Below are positions 1-14,495 of a stretch of 64,000 nucleotides of DNA, in pieces (positions within the stretch are counted from its first letter, which is position 1; every line of letters begins with the position of its first letter). Location: positions 154,814,001 through 154,878,000 of the forward strand of contig OX597816.1 in assembly GCA_951406725.2 (NCBI GenBank), written 5' to 3'. The position numbers were made by a program, and so were the translations under genes. Source of the stretch: Octopus vulgaris (taxonomy: Eukaryota). The notes under the pieces were generated by a model. It was not told where the DNA came from. It searched no databases and saw only the letters and a program-made list of their open reading frames with translations.

Positions 1-219
1 TCTAAGAATGAAGAAGGGTGAAAAATTGCAAACTAGCAGGAAATATATGAAGGAGGGAAGGAGTAAATGTAGCTGCTGGAGGCAGACGAATCAATTGTAA
101 AGGTGGTGGTGGTGTTAATTCCGTATTTCTGTTTCTTCTTAGTTTCTGTTTTTGACAGAAAAATTAGGGAGAAACAATGATAGGAATACGGAAGTATTGT
201 GTGACTTGGAGATAAATTG

Positions 220-363
220 ATGGATGGATAGATAAATAGTTAGCTAGTTTAATTAGATAGACAGGCGGTTTGTTAGATAGATAGATAAATTGATAGATAG
301 ATATATAGATAGTTAGCTAGCTAGTTAGATAGACAGATGGTTTGTGAGATAGATAGATAAATT

Positions 364-396
<33 letters not shown>

Positions 397-583
397 TTAG
401 CAAGTTAGATAGACAGATGGTTTGTTAGATAGATAGATAAATTGATTGATAGATAGATAGATAGTTAGCTAGCTAATTAGATAGACAGATGGTTTGTTAG
501 ATAGATAGATAAATTGATTGATAGATAAATAGATAGTTAGCTAGCTAGTTAGATAGACATATGGTTTGTTAGATAGATAAATT

Positions 584-644
<61 letters not shown>

Positions 645-877
645 GTTTCTTTATTGGCCACACAGGGCTGCACACAGATGGGACAAGTTACAAGGTAGAG
701 CTTTTCTTTTGGGGGATGAAAAAAACAAAACAACAAAAGAAGCAAAAAAAAAGAGGTGGCGTAGGTTTTCGATCAAGAGGGATCGTAAAAGGGGAAAAAA
801 AGAACAAAAAAAAGAAAAAAAAAGAAAAAAAAAGATAGATAGATAAACAGATGGTTTGTTAGATAGATAGATAAATT

Positions 878-959
<82 letters not shown>

Positions 960-1225
960 CAGATAAATTGATAAATGGATAGTTAGTTACATTGCTAGTT
1001 GGATAGATAGATGGATAAATAGACAGATAGATAGATAGACAGATAGATAGACAGATAACTTTCTTTTATTAGCCACACAGGGCTGAATACAGAGGGGACA
1101 AATACAGATAGATAGACAGACAGATAGATAAATAGATAGATAGATAGACAGATAAATGAATAGATTGACAGATAAACTGATAGATAGTTAGACAGACTGC
1201 AGGATAGAGAGATAGATATAAGAAT

Positions 1226-1230
<5 letters not shown>
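220..1230. repeat. Compound (GATA)n/(GACA)n array with a ~60-70 bp higher-order unit
   Basis: GATA runs are interrupted periodically by 'gatggtttgttagatag', 'ataaattga' and 'tagttagctagctag'. Confidence 0.95.
644..805 (-). mobile_element. 3' tail fragment of a non-LTR retroelement ending in (TATC)n
   Basis: The minus strand ends 'cagccctgtgtggccaataaagaaac'. This resembles the tails at 1058-1105, 28248-28310 and 53013-53075. Confidence 0.6.
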
Positions 1231-1308
<78 letters not shown>

Positions 1309-1590
1309 AGGATATACGGATGGATAGATTTAGAAAGAGTGGTTAAGTAAAATTAAGTTAAAAACGGGGCGCAGTACGAGAAAGTACGAAAAATATCGAA
1401 AGATGAACAGGAGGGTGGATTTAGAAAAAATATATTAATAGAAAGTAAGTTAAAGACTGCGAAAGACAAATCGAAAGAAAAAAAGGGGTTCATATTAGAT
1501 AGAAATGTATCAGTTACCTAGTGATATTTAGATCGGGAAAATGTGTGTGTGTGTGAGTGAGAGAGAGAGAGAAAGGAGAGAGAGAGAAAG

Positions 1591-1641
<51 letters not shown>

Positions 1642-1804
1642 AGTGGGTAAACAAGAGGAGGCAGCAAATACTTCATTATATAAATCTGTGAAAATTCTGT
1701 TGGAATAAAAGGTGGTGGTGGTGGTAACGCTGAAATAGATAGGGTGGTGATTAGATGAAAATGAATGGGATGACGAAAAGAGATCAACAGAGATAGATAG
1801 ATAA

Positions 1805-1870
<66 letters not shown>

Positions 1871-2520
1871 TGATAGGGAGATAAAGTGAGTAAAAGATGA
1901 AGTGGGAGAAGGATAAATAAATAGATAAATAGATCGATAGATAAATAGAGATAGATGGATGTGATAGATAGAGTGAGAGAAAGGTATGTAGTGTGTTAGT
2001 TTTAACGCTAATACAAACGCTCTACCAATCAATCTATCGATCGATCACTCAATCTATCTATCAATTTATACATTCATAATACTTTCGCGTGGTTACTACC
2101 GGTTGATGTTTCTGTCTAGCAATAAGAACACACACACACACACACACTCTCTCTCTCTCTCCCTCACTCTCCCTCTCACACACACACGCGCACACACACA
2201 CATGCACACACACATATATACACACACACACATGCGCACACGACCCCCCCCCCCCCACCACATGTACACACGAGCACCCGATACATGTTTGTGAAAACAA
2301 TTGGTAGAGTTCGTCACGTATGCTGGATGTATGCTGGTTTCCGCGATTGCGTTTGCCGGTAAATGCATGCGAATGTCAAGGCGCGCGCGCGCGTGTGTAA
2401 AATATTATTTCCAAACCTGACCAAAAGGATTATTGATATATGTAATTTCGTTAGTGTAAGTGCGTGCACGTGTACTGCTTGATGTGTGTGTGCGTGTGTT
2501 TATAAAAAATATGTGTATAT

Positions 2521-2839
2521 TTAGGCGCAGGTAAAAAGCTTGCTTCAGCCTCACTGCCTGCGTGGTACCTTTGGCAGGTGTCTTCTAACATAGCTTCGTG
2601 CCGATCAAAGTCTTGTGAGCGAATTTGATAGACGGAAACTGATAGGAGCCCATCATATATATATATATTTGTATATAGGCGCAGGAGAGGCTGTGTGGTA
2701 AGTAGCTTGCTTACCAACCACATGGTTTCGGGTTCAGTCCCACTGCGTGGCACCTTGGGCGAGTGTCCTCTACTATAGCCTCGGGCCGACCAAAGCCTTG
2801 TGAGTGAATTTGGTAGACGGAAACTAAAAGAAGCCCGTC

Positions 2840-2840
<1 letters not shown>
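2521..2840 (+). mobile_element. Two tandem heads of tRNA-derived SINE family A (first degraded, second 2677-2840)
   Basis: 'aggcgcaggag.ggctgtgtggtaagtagcttgc...ggttcagtcccactgcgtggcaccttgggc' has A/B-box-like motifs and a CORE-like CCTTGGGC. Many copies occur in the window. Confidence 0.85.
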
Positions 2841-2895
<55 letters not shown>

Positions 2896-3304
2896 ATATA
2901 TAAAACTGAAATGCGTTTTTACCGCTTGGTTCGCTTTCAATGCCACTACATCCCGTCCGATTCGCTCCAAAATTTACAGGGACATGTAGAATGAGGTGAC
3001 GATGCGCGTGGGCTACCTTAGAAATCCCTATCTTAAAAGCTGTGGTTTCTAGGGGCCATCTTCCTACCTCACCCTATTTCCTCCAGTACTCTGTCACTCC
3101 TCTTCATTTATAACTTTCAGAAGTCCACTACGGTTATTTAAAGTATCTGTCACTATCGCTATTTCCTTTCTTTTTCACTGACTCTGTTTCCTACCTTCCT
3201 ATCACTTCGGCGGCGTTCTTTGAAGTATATGTCTGTCACCAACAATCAACACACGAGCATGAGAACAAATATTATGAATCAGATATTCTTGCGTTCATTT
3301 ATAT

Positions 3305-3580
3305 GTGTGTGTGTGTGTGTGTGTGTGTTCTATATATATATGTATATATAATGTATGTGTGTGTGTGTTCTATATATAAATATGTATATATAATGTATGT
3401 GTGTGTGTGTGTTCTATATATAAATATGTATATATAATGTATGTGCGTGTGTGTGTTCTATATATAAATATGTATATATAATGTATGTGTGTGTGTGTGT
3501 GTGTTCTATATATAAATATGTATATATAATGTATGTGTGTGTGTGTGTTCTATATATAAATATGTATATATAATGTATAT
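3305..3580. repeat. Minisatellite, ~44 bp unit x6, built from TG/TA microsatellite pieces
   Basis: The unit '(gt)nttctatatataaatatgtatatataatgtat' recurs near 3328, 3368, 3412, 3456, 3504 and 3548. Confidence 0.95.
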
Positions 3581-3727
3581 ATACAAAGTGTATATATCTG
3601 TATTTATGTATATTAAACTTTTTCATACTTTTTCATAGTTATATATATTTTTAAACAAATTATAAATATAATTTCATAATTTTTATTTTCAATTTAAATA
3701 ATTTAAAGTTTTCAATTTTATATTTTA

Positions 3728-4742
3728 CTAGCAGTATCGCCCGGCGTTGCTCGGGTTTGTAAGGGAAATAACTATATAAGCATTTTTAGTGAGTTATAGC
3801 AAAAAAAATAGCAAAAAATGCATTAAAGATGGAATAAAAAATGATAGTAATTTCTTTTTTAAATCGTTGACTCATCGTAGACATTTTTACAGAGTTACTT
3901 CCCTTATATAATAGCGAAAAATGCATTAAAATGGAATAAAAAAATGATGGTAATTTTTTTTTAATCGTTGACTCATCGTAGACATTTTTAGAGAGTTACT
4001 TCCTTATATAATAGCGAAAAATGCATTAAAATGGAATAAAAAATGATGGTAAATTTTTTTTAAATCGTAGACTCATCGTAGACGCGCGCTAATACCCAGA
4101 AGGGCTCGATATGAATCATGACTATAAGATACCCGGTTTTGGTTACACTGCACCGCAAAATGTGGGAGTAGTTAGGAATCTAAATCGTAGGAGACAGACA
4201 CACAACCTTACTTTTATATATAAAGATTTGTGCAACAACTAAAACATTCGGTTGTGCAAATTGTTTGCACAGGAAACCTGCCCTGTGTGGCGGTTTTTGC
4301 CGTTTTTGTGGATCTGTTTCAGCTTTTTTAGCGATTTCTGTTTTGGCGACTTCAAGTCATGAAGTCGTTGTTCTAAAAGAACGCTGGTCTCCTTCACAAC
4401 GCATTACGACGTTGATTTCCTTACACTCCCTTCCCCACAGCTTCACGAGGGAGGGAAGAAGGGGGAGAAGCAACACAGGTGCAGGCGTGAGCGTGGACGC
4501 CAACTCCGCCGCCATCGACACACGAAAAAATATGCATTAAAATGGAATAAAAAATGATGTTAAATTATTTTTAAAATCGTACACTCATCGTAGACGCGCG
4601 CTAATACCCAGACGGGCTCGATATGAATCACGACTATAAGATACCCGAATTTGGTTAAACTGCACCGCAAAATTTGGGAGTAGTTAGGAATCTAAATCGA
4701 AGGGGACAGACACTCACACAACTACAGTTTTATATATATAGA
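3728..4742 (-). mobile_element. Non-autonomous Helitron composite (one 3' end, two 5' ends)
   Basis: The minus-strand 3' end is 'cccgagcaacgccggg' hairpin + CTAG|T at 3728. A|TC 5' starts occur at 4226 and 4742. Internal ~100 bp tandem repeats span 3816-4080, and 4015-4226 is duplicated at 4528-4742. Confidence 0.8.
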
Positions 4743-4883
4743 TATATTTTCTATGTTATATTTTCTTTTTTTATGTTTTTGTTTTTGGTTTTTCACTGTT
4801 TGATTTGCCTATTAGTGGTTTTATCTCTAATTTAATTTATACAGATATATCTCTCATTTGTATACATTTGTATATATAATGCG

Positions 4884-4921
<38 letters not shown>

Positions 4922-4939
4922 CACATATATATATGTGTG

Positions 4940-5510
4940 CATTACGTAGTCGGTCGATTCACCTGAAAATATGCACACCTATGTTAAAGGTGCTGACAAG
5001 TTTGCATCACAACTATTTTGTTCCTCAAATGAAAGGCGTCACCTCTAGGACAAAATTCCTCATCTTATAAAATGTGGCCCCAGTACACCCGAATGAAATC
5101 GGGTTATATTAACCAAAATGTGAAAAGGGGTCTAAATGGGGCTGGAAGGGGATTAAAATTTCAAAGAGCTGGTGTTTAGGAATTCTCTGTTGCATCAAGC
5201 TAAAAAATTTGCGCCAGCCTTTTAATCGTCAATGTGTTGCCGTCCATGATAAAGAAGTTTTGAATGCTTGCCATGGTGAGTCTACTGTCGTGAGAAAGAA
5301 TCACTTCAAAAATTGGTGTTTACGAATTTTCTTTTACATCAAGTTCAAAATTTTACGCCAGCCGTTAAACTGTCACTACGTTGCTGTCCGTCGTTAACAA
5401 ATGCCAGCCATGGTGACTCTACTATCCTCAGATTCTATCCCTTCAAACTTTGGTTTCCAATATTTTATTATTTTTATTCAGCTCGCAAGTTCGTCTGTCC
5501 CTTTTGAATG
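4940..5510. repeat. Unclassified repeat with a diverged ~140 bp internal tandem duplication
   Basis: 5161-5305 and 5306-5445 share 'tggtgttta.gaatt', 'catcaag', 'cgccagcc' and 'gccatggtga.tctact'. Confidence 0.55.
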
Positions 5511-5747
5511 TTAGCGTTTTGCTGTCTGCCTTGAAGCAGACCTTTCCATTGCCACTGCCTCATATTTCTGATTGATCTTTCTAAATATTTTATTTCTCAA
5601 CTTACTCAAGATCTTCTGTTGTTTATAAATGGGAGAGAGATAGATAAAGATAGAGAGTAAGAGAAAGCGAGGGAGAGTCAGAGAGAAAAGAAAAGTAAGA
5701 GAGTGGGAAAGTGAGAGAGAAAGGAGAGAGAAACAAATACGGAGAAT

Positions 5748-6055
5748 CATCATCATCATCATCGTTTAACGTCCGTTTTCCGTGCTAGCACGGGTTGGGC
5801 AGTGTGACCGGGTCTCGGAAGCCAGGAGGCTGCACCAGGCTCCAGTCTGATCTGGCAGTGTTTCTACAGGTGGATGACCTTCCTAACGCCAACCACACTG
5901 TGAGTGTAGTGAGTGCTTTTTTCGTGCCGACGGCACTGGTGCCAGGGGGCTCGCTGTGGCAACGATCGGTTGGTGCTTTTTACGTGCCACCAGCACAGAA
6001 GCAAGTCAAGGCGGTGCTGCAATCGGCCACGTTCGGATGGTGCTTTTTACGTGCT
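5748..6055 (-). mobile_element. SINE with a Meta-domain-like core and RTE-type (GAT)n tail
   Basis: The minus strand reads 'ggttggcgttaggaaggtcatccacctgtagaaa' and ends 'gctagcacggaaaacggacgttaaacgatgatgatg'. Confidence 0.7.
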
Positions 6056-6121
6056 GAAAGGAAGCAACAGAAAGTAACACCCACACTCTTACCCGCGCGT
6101 AGAGCGGGTCACCTTCAGCTA

Positions 6122-6200
<79 letters not shown>

Positions 6201-6219
6201 TTGTGTGTATGGTTGTGCG

Positions 6220-6370
6220 TCTGTGTTTGTCCCCCAACATCGCTTGACAACCGATGCTGGTGTGTTTACGTCCCCGTAACTTAGAGACCGATAGAATAAG
6301 TACTTGGCTTACAAAGAATAAGGATCCTGGGGCCGATGACTGAAACAAGTAAAAGAGTAAAAAGTGAGAG
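6220..6370 (+). mobile_element. 3' module of SINE family A (partial)
   Basis: 'gtttgtcccccaacatcgcttgacaaccgatgctggtgtgtttacgtccccgtaacttag' and 'gactgaaacaagtaaaagag' match 19027-19220. Confidence 0.8.
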
Positions 6371-6376
6371 TATATA

Positions 6377-6612
6377 CAGGTTTGGCCAAAAATCACTTGA
6401 CAGTAAATCGAAATTCCATAAATACTTGATATTCAAATTTATTTAATCACTTGGGAAAATGCTGCCGCTCAAGAAGGACTTCAGTTTGAATAATTTTCAT
6501 GATGGTTCATATTTATATGCTTTTATTAAATTCATTCAGTTGTTAAACATAAATAAATCTTGGAATTAAATGGTTTTGATTTACTGTCAAGTGACTTTTG
6601 TATATAACCTTG
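6377..6612. mobile_element. Tc1/mariner-type MITE
   Basis: TIRs are 'caggtttggccaaaaatcacttgacagtaaatc' and 'gatttactgtcaagtgacttttgtatataaccttg', with TA on both sides. Confidence 0.8.
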
Positions 6613-6632
6613 TATATATTTGCCATATATAT

Positions 6633-6700
<68 letters not shown>

Positions 6701-6761
6701 TTCCGTAATGAGATTAAAAAAAACAAGGCTGTGTAGATTTTAGAACATTTATAGATAGAAG

Positions 6762-6809
6762 GTCTTACAGCTGTTTCCAGGATATTTATTATATCCATTC
6801 ATCGAAGAC
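6762..6809 (-). ncRNA. Type I hammerhead-ribozyme-like motif (variant core)
   Basis: Minus strand: GUCU-UCGAUGA-auGGAUAU aauaa AUAUCCug-GAAAC-AGCU-GUA-AGAC. Confidence 0.6.
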
Positions 6810-7050
6810 GGTGTGAGAGAATAGTTAATAGAGAATGAGGTGGAAGAAAGAAAACAGATGTGAGATATGTAGGGATATTGAATTTGTAGATCCATTTTTT
6901 AGGCAAAATGGTATACATGTAAGATTCCAATACTTTATGAGTAAAATCCAACAGTATTTAAAATTGGTCATTACAAGTATTGAGTCTCTACACAGCGTTT
7001 TTGAATCAAAGGTTTTTCTTTAAATTGACCTAAAAATAGGGATTGTATTA

Positions 7051-7086
<36 letters not shown>

Positions 7087-7154
7087 GAAAACGAAGAGGA
7101 GAGTGGAGATTTATTCAGATCCAAAACATTTTTATTAAAAAAGTTTTCTACAGC

Positions 7155-7250
<96 letters not shown>

Positions 7251-7349
7251 CAATGACTCACATATGTTTCAATAGCAGCAGCTACACATTGCTCCGTATG
7301 CCACTTTGCATTTTTGTGCGTGTGTACGTGCGTGTGTGTGTGTGTTTGT

Positions 7350-7550
7350 GCCTGTGTTTGTCCCCCCACTACTGTATGACAACCGGTGCTGGTTTGTTTA
7401 ATTCCGCGTAACTTAGCAGTTCAGCAAAAGAGAACGATAGAATAAATACCAAGCTTTTAAAAAATTGATACTGGGGTCGATACATTCGATTAAAATTTCT
7501 TCAAGATGGTGCTCCAGCCTGGCCGCATTCGAATAGCTGAAACAAGTAGG
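7350..7550 (+). mobile_element. 3' module of SINE family A (diverged)
   Basis: Similar to 19027-19220. Confidence 0.7.
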
Positions 7551-7647
7551 TGATGAACGATAAAATAAATGATGTGCATATATGTATATATTAGATTTTA
7601 GATATAGTATAATATAATATAATATATCTATCTATCGAGAGAGTGAG

Positions 7648-7775
<128 letters not shown>

Positions 7776-8059
7776 ACGTAGAATAAAAGATGGGCTGAGC
7801 GATTAAGAATTAGCTCCGAAATTATGAGTTGCAAGGATCGACCCTGAATTGTGGCATCTTGAGCAGATGCATCAGTAAGTCCTAAAGCTCGTGAATGAAA
7901 TTGGGAATGAAGGCGGAAACTGTGTGGAACCCTTCCAAATGTACTGTATCTAAAATTGTAGGGGCCAGCATTGCTTCACACACACACACACGTATACACA
8001 TTCTGTGCCTTAATAATCCTGCTTAACTACGTTAACGGAATACTCGGCCACTTGTCCTC

Positions 8060-8245
8060 CCACCTAATGCTTTGCTTCACTTTTACTACTCAAAGCCTCC
8101 TCTGATATGCAGCATTTGCTGACTGAGGGAATTTGATGTTGCTGCCTTCCTGTTTCTTACCGCGAGGTAGCTTTATCCGGAACTCTTGACAGAAGGTGAT
8201 CCAGTTTTGTTTTGAAAAAACCTACATCCACCCCATATAGGGCCC
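8060..8245 (-). pseudogene. CR1-like LINE ORF2 C-terminal fragment
   Basis: The translation '[23 protein letters not shown]' matches the FKxxLDxxLxxvPD end motif of CR1-group ORF2. Confidence 0.6.
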
Positions 8246-8256
8246 CCTCTCTGTCC

Positions 8257-8287
<31 letters not shown>

Positions 8288-8425
8288 GCAAACACAAACA
8301 CACACAAACACACACACACAGACACAGACACACAAACACACACACACAGACACACAGACACACAGACACAAACATGTAGGTTTGTTGATGTACACAAAAA
8401 ATAGGACTCAATACATTAGTATATG

Positions 8426-8690
8426 TGGAGGCGCGTGGCTTAGTGGTTAGGGTGTCAGCACCATGATCGTAAGATTGTGGTTTCGATTTCTGGACCGGGC
8501 GACGCGTTGTATTCCTGAGCAAAACACTTCATTTCACGTTGCTCCAGTCCACTCAGCTGGCAAAAATGAGTAACGCTGCGAGGGACTGGCGTCCCGTCCA
8601 ACTGGGGAGCACATACGCCATAGAAACCGGGAAACTGGGCCCATGAGCTTGGCTAGGCTTTAAATGGGCGTATTTATTTATTTATTTACA
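8426..8690 (+). mobile_element. tRNA-derived SINE family B
   Basis: Head 'ggaggcgcgtggcttagtggttagg...gtttcgattt', body 'gttgctccagtccactcagctggcaaaaatgagta' and a (TTTA)n tail. Confidence 0.85.
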
Positions 8691-8700
8691 TTAGTATATA

Positions 8701-9100
8701 CTCTTTTACTCTTTTACTTGTTTCAGTCATTTGACTGTGGTCATGCTGGAGCACCGCCTTAAGTCGAACAAATCGACACCAGGACTTATTCTTTGTAAGC
8801 CTAGTACTTATTCTATCGGTCTCTTTTGCCGAACCGCTAAGTTACGAGGACGTAAACACACCAGCATCGGTTGTCAAGCGATGTTGGGGACAAACACAGA
8901 CACAAACACACGCACACACATATATATACATATATACGACGGGCTTCTTTCAGTTTCCGTCTACCAAATCCACTCACAAAGCTTTGGTCGGCCCGAGGCT
9001 ATAGCAGAAGACACATGCCGAAGGTGCCACGCAGTGGAAATGAATCCGGAACCATGTGGTTGGTAAGCAAGCTACTTACCACACAGCCACTCCGGCGCCT
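8701..9100 (-). mobile_element. Full-length SINE family A with an internal microsatellite
   Basis: Reverse complement of the 18819-19220 copy. Confidence 0.9.
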
Positions 9101-9259
9101 ATATATATATATTGTGAATAATTGGCGGAAGTTATAGAAAGAATTAGCGTCTGCAATTAAAATAAATAATAGGTTTGAATGTTTCGCTTCTAGGTCTCTC
9201 CGGATAACTTTAAAGAGAGCCCATATACGATTCTGTAACTTCAACCTATTCTTAGTTTT

Positions 9260-9715
9260 TGTGTGGTAAGAAGCTAGCTTCCTAACTACATGGTTCTGGG
9301 TTTAGTTCCACTACGTGGCACTTTGGGCAAGTGTCTTCTACTATAGTCCGGGGCTGACCAAAACCACGTGAGTGGATTTGGTAGACGGAAACTGATAGAA
9401 GCCCGTCGTATCCGCAGTCAAATGATTGAAACAAGTAAAAGAATAAAAGAATAAAAGAATGTGTACGTGTGTGTGTGCACGTTTGCGAGTGCTTGTCCTC
9501 TACCACCATTGACGTCCAGCGTTGCTGTGTTTACGTCCCCGTAACTTAGCGGTTCGGCGAAATGAATTAATAGTATAAGTCTTTGGCCCCAAATAAATAA
9601 ATAAATAAATGAATAAATAAATAAAGTAGATCGATTTATTCGGCTAAAATTCTTCAGGCCGTTGCCGGTGTCCCGAGCATGGCTGCAATGTAATGAACGA
9701 AACAGGTAAAAAAAG
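9260..9715 (+). mobile_element. SINE family A (rearranged copy)
   Basis: Head at 9260-9410, tail pieces at 9412-9455 and 9490-9715. Confidence 0.8.
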
Positions 9716-9722
9716 ATCAAGG

Positions 9723-9791
<69 letters not shown>

Positions 9792-10941
9792 GCGCATATA
9801 CGCGCGTGTGCCTCTCTCTCTGTGAGTTTTACATATGCATGTGTGTATATGAATGCTAAGTCATGTGATAACATAAATAACAATAACGAACATAGAATCT
9901 ACAACTTCTTTGTCTATGGTTGTGAATATTTATTAGTTAAATTTTGTTTTGAATGTTATTGTCACGTGATCCTCCGTATTGGAAATATTAAGGAGCCACT
10001 CGCAACATGAGCATGTGCTCCTGTCTTGGCAGCATTAGTTGGCTGTGAACTTCGGCAACTGCCGCCACCGATATCAGCTTATATATAGCATCAGACAAAT
10101 AATTGCATCTACAGCAAAAGATACATGCATACCTACATACATACATAAACACACAGACACACAGACACACACACAAACACACACGCACACAAACCAAAAA
10201 CTGGAAAGTAAACAAACAGCAACAATTATGCTAAAGAAAATATGAAACGAAAAGTTGTAAACAAATAATAAATTAATAATAGGGATACGAATAACACATA
10301 CATACATATATACATATATGCACACACACACACACGTACATACGTACGGAAAAAAAACGTGCATACACGCTGACAAAAACGTACACACGCACACAGACAC
10401 AAACACAGACACACACACACGTATTATGTTTTTATATGGTTTGATAAATCGATTCACAAGGAAATAAAAGCAGAGGCGTTGCGTGGTCTTGGGTCACCCA
10501 ATATTAGTAAACTAAATTGTTCTCCCCTTCATAAAACGTAAAATATATATATATGACCGCAGCGAACGGACACATATAAAAAGCATCCGGTCAGTGCAAG
10601 CACCACTCCTCACCCAGAAAAATAAAAACAAAAACAGAACAAAACAGAGAGAGACAAAAACAAACGGCAGATAAAATCTTTCATTCATGAAATCAAAGCT
10701 CGCATGTAATTTTTTAGTAAAAAAATAAAATTTCTAATATCAAACAATAACAATAGCAAGAGACATGAAAACTATTATATTAACGCATTGGAATCGGTCG
10801 CTTACCTGGATTGTTTTTTGTTCTACGTACGGTAAGTGAGCTCTTAAATTCACTTTGATGTTATCAAAATCACATAAATACACACAAGCATACACAAACA
10901 TGTAGAAAACCACGTGCACCTATTCAACAGAGGTACATGGC

Positions 10942-10992
<51 letters not shown>

Positions 10993-11036
10993 ATTTGTTT
11001 CAGTCATTTGACTGCGGCCACGCTGGAGCACCGCCT

Positions 11037-11451
11037 AGTGTGTGTGTGTGTGTGTGTGTGTATGTGTTTGTTTGTGTGTGTGTGTGTGTATGTGTTTGTT
11101 TGTGTGTGTGTGTATGTGTTTGTTTGTGTGTGTGTGTGTGTGTTTGTTTGTGTGTGTGTGTGTGTGTGTTTGTTTGTGTGTGTGTGTGTGTTTGTTTGTG
11201 TGTGTGTGTATGTGTTTGTTTGTGTGTGTGTGTATGTGTTTGTTTGTGTGTGTGTGTATGTGTTTGTTTGTGTGTGTGTGTATGTGTTTGTTTGTGTGTG
11301 TGTGTGTATGTGTTTCTTTGTGTGTGTGTGTGTGTGTTTTTGTGTGTGTGTGTATGTGTTTCGGTGTGTGTGTGTGTGTATGTGTTTGTTTGTGTGTGTG
11401 TGTGTGTGTTGTTGTGTGTGTGTGTGTGTGTGTGTTTGTTTGTGTGTGTGT

Positions 11452-11487
<36 letters not shown>
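11037..11487. repeat. (TG)n-derived array with ~24 bp periodicity
   Basis: A recurring 'tatgtgtttgtttgtgtgtgtgtg' unit. Confidence 0.95.
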
Positions 11488-11489
<2 letters not shown>

Positions 11490-11516
11490 ACATACACACA
11501 CACACACACACACACG

Positions 11517-11732
11517 CGAGGAGGTGCTGAAAAGTTCCCGGCCTTGGGTTAAAGAAAATACGGGAGGATCAGTTAATTATGATTTTATCCAACATATTCT
11601 TCTCTCAGATTCACACACGTATCGCAACGGTCCTCCAGGTTTTCTAAGCCCTGTAAAAGAACTCCAATGGTTGAGGCTCCAGCCAGGCCTTTTGTGATAC
11701 CCTTAAAGTCAGGAACTTTTCAGCACTCTATC

Positions 11733-11733
<1 letters not shown>
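11517..11733. mobile_element. Mariner-type MITE
   Basis: TIRs are 'cgaggaggtgctgaaaagttcccggc' and 'gtcaggaacttttcagcactctatcg'. Confidence 0.75.
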
Positions 11734-11784
<51 letters not shown>

Positions 11785-11804
11785 ATAATAGAAAAATAAT
11801 AAAA

Positions 11805-11880
<76 letters not shown>

Positions 11881-11882
<2 letters not shown>

Positions 11883-12026
11883 AGCATAATTATAATTAAG
11901 GGTCAGCTAATTGCTTCACCACACACCGAATTTAAAAATAGGAGTTAAAATTCCTTTTCTGCTACCTATTTCTAAATTCGGTGCGTGGTGAAGCAATTAG
12001 CTGATCCCTAATTATAATTATGCTTA
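11881..12026. repeat. Foldback inverted repeat (~62 bp arms, ~21 bp spacer)
   Basis: 'taagcataattataattaagggtcagctaattgcttcacc...' is mirrored by '...ggtgaagcaattagctgatccctaattataattatgctta'. Confidence 0.92.
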
Positions 12027-12141
12027 TAATTATTGAATATTTGTATAATTTTACCTAAAAAGGTTATTTTAACGTACCGATCTACTTTTTGAAATTATTA
12101 ATTATTAATTAATTTTACTCTTTTGTTATTAATATTGAAAT

Positions 12142-12236
<95 letters not shown>

Positions 12237-12390
12237 GCACAAATGTGGCTGTGTGGTTCTAAATTCAGTCCCACTGTCGCAGAGTGGATTTGGTTCACGG
12301 AAGCTGAAAAAAACCCGTCGTATATATATAAATATATAAAATCAATATGAATGCAGTGAGCAATGTTTCATCAAAACGGAGAATTACAAA

Positions 12391-12577
12391 TGTCACTAAA
12401 CGCGACAAGGGTGTTAGGAAACACCTATTAAGAATTCTCGACCGGCACTTTTCGGACGATTATGGTTTCTGTTAGCGGTGTATGTTTTCATTCATGTGCG
12501 TTAACCACAGCATTAGAGCGCTTTAGCTCTAATACCCAGCAGTGTAGTTGTTTTCTAACACCCTAGTCGTATTTAGT

Positions 12578-12580
<3 letters not shown>
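12391..12580. mobile_element. Short element with ~33 bp imperfect terminal inverted repeats
   Basis: 'gtcactaaacgcgacaagggtgttaggaaacac' pairs with 'gttgttttctaacaccctagtcgtatttagtcac'. Confidence 0.6.
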
Positions 12581-12643
<63 letters not shown>

Positions 12644-12680
12644 TGCACAAACACACACACATGCATACATACATACATAC

Positions 12681-13040
<360 letters not shown>

Positions 13041-13600
13041 GTACATTTGGGTGACGTATCCAAGAATGCTATCGGGCATTGGGTAAAATTTCTTGAAGGA
13101 CATGTTCCGGCCGTCTGCGATCTGAAGTGAAATCACAACTAGGTTAACTTTGCCTCTTTGGCTTTTCAAGCTTGATACACAGAGGATAAGCTGAAGGCGA
13201 TGGCTTAGCAGTATTAGTAGAGTTTCGCAGATGTCCAGCAATATCTATTTCAGAGCTGTTCATCGTGATTTCGAATCCCAGCGACAGGTCGAGGAAGTTA
13301 TTAAGTGCCTGGGTATTTCAGCTGATTTCTTTCACTGTCAGCACAACAGCTGACGTGAGGGAAGACAAAAGGAGGTCAAACTTTGAATACTCAACTAACG
13401 TGCACGTGTGCATATGTGTGTGTGTGTGTGTGTTGAACTCGTATAAATTTTTATATATTTCTGTATATAAATGTATGTGCGGGCCGAGTGTGTGTGCATA
13501 GATGTGTCTATAAATAGACGTATACAAGCACACAGACACCCTTCCCCCACTTATATAAATGTACACGTACATATATACAAAATATAGATATGTATGTATG

Positions 13601-13992
<392 letters not shown>

Positions 13993-14029
13993 GGTATATA
14001 TATATATATATATATGCACACACACACAC

Positions 14030-14079
<50 letters not shown>

Positions 14080-14429
14080 CACGTATATTGTATATGCAAC
14101 TATTTTCATGTCATTCACCCGTTATGTTATTTTCTTCTCGCTTACCGTCTTCCGTCTGGAATAGACAGAACGCGGCAGGGTTAATTGCTGCTTTCTTTTT
14201 GTCTTGGAATTTAGTATAAAGTGCTAATTTTACAGTCCAATTAAAATTTAGCATTGTATATTGTACTGATGATGAATTTTCTCTCTCTTTTTAATCGTTT
14301 TTGCTTCTGCTTAATATAAATGTTTAAAGTTTAGTTAAAGCCAACTTTTCGTCATTGTAGTCTCTATTCCCGTAATCTGAGTACAGGCTTTGACATACTT
14401 CTAACTGATCGGTACAGGACAGGATGTGT

Positions 14430-14493
<64 letters not shown>

Positions 14494-14495
<2 letters not shown>

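Noticed and set aside
3816-4080. Regularly spaced direct repeats suggestive of a CRISPR array
   Set aside because: The units are contiguous tandem copies without unique spacers, lie inside a Helitron, and no cas genes are present.
10799-10838. 'cttacctgg' (U1 snRNA 5'-like, or a minus-strand donor) next to a plus-strand donor 'ggtaagt'
   Set aside because: No U1 body follows and no convincing acceptor or exon was found.
13045-13200. Apparent minus-strand exon after a 'ttcacttcag' acceptor
   Set aside because: The sequence resembles a heavily decayed SINE family D copy.
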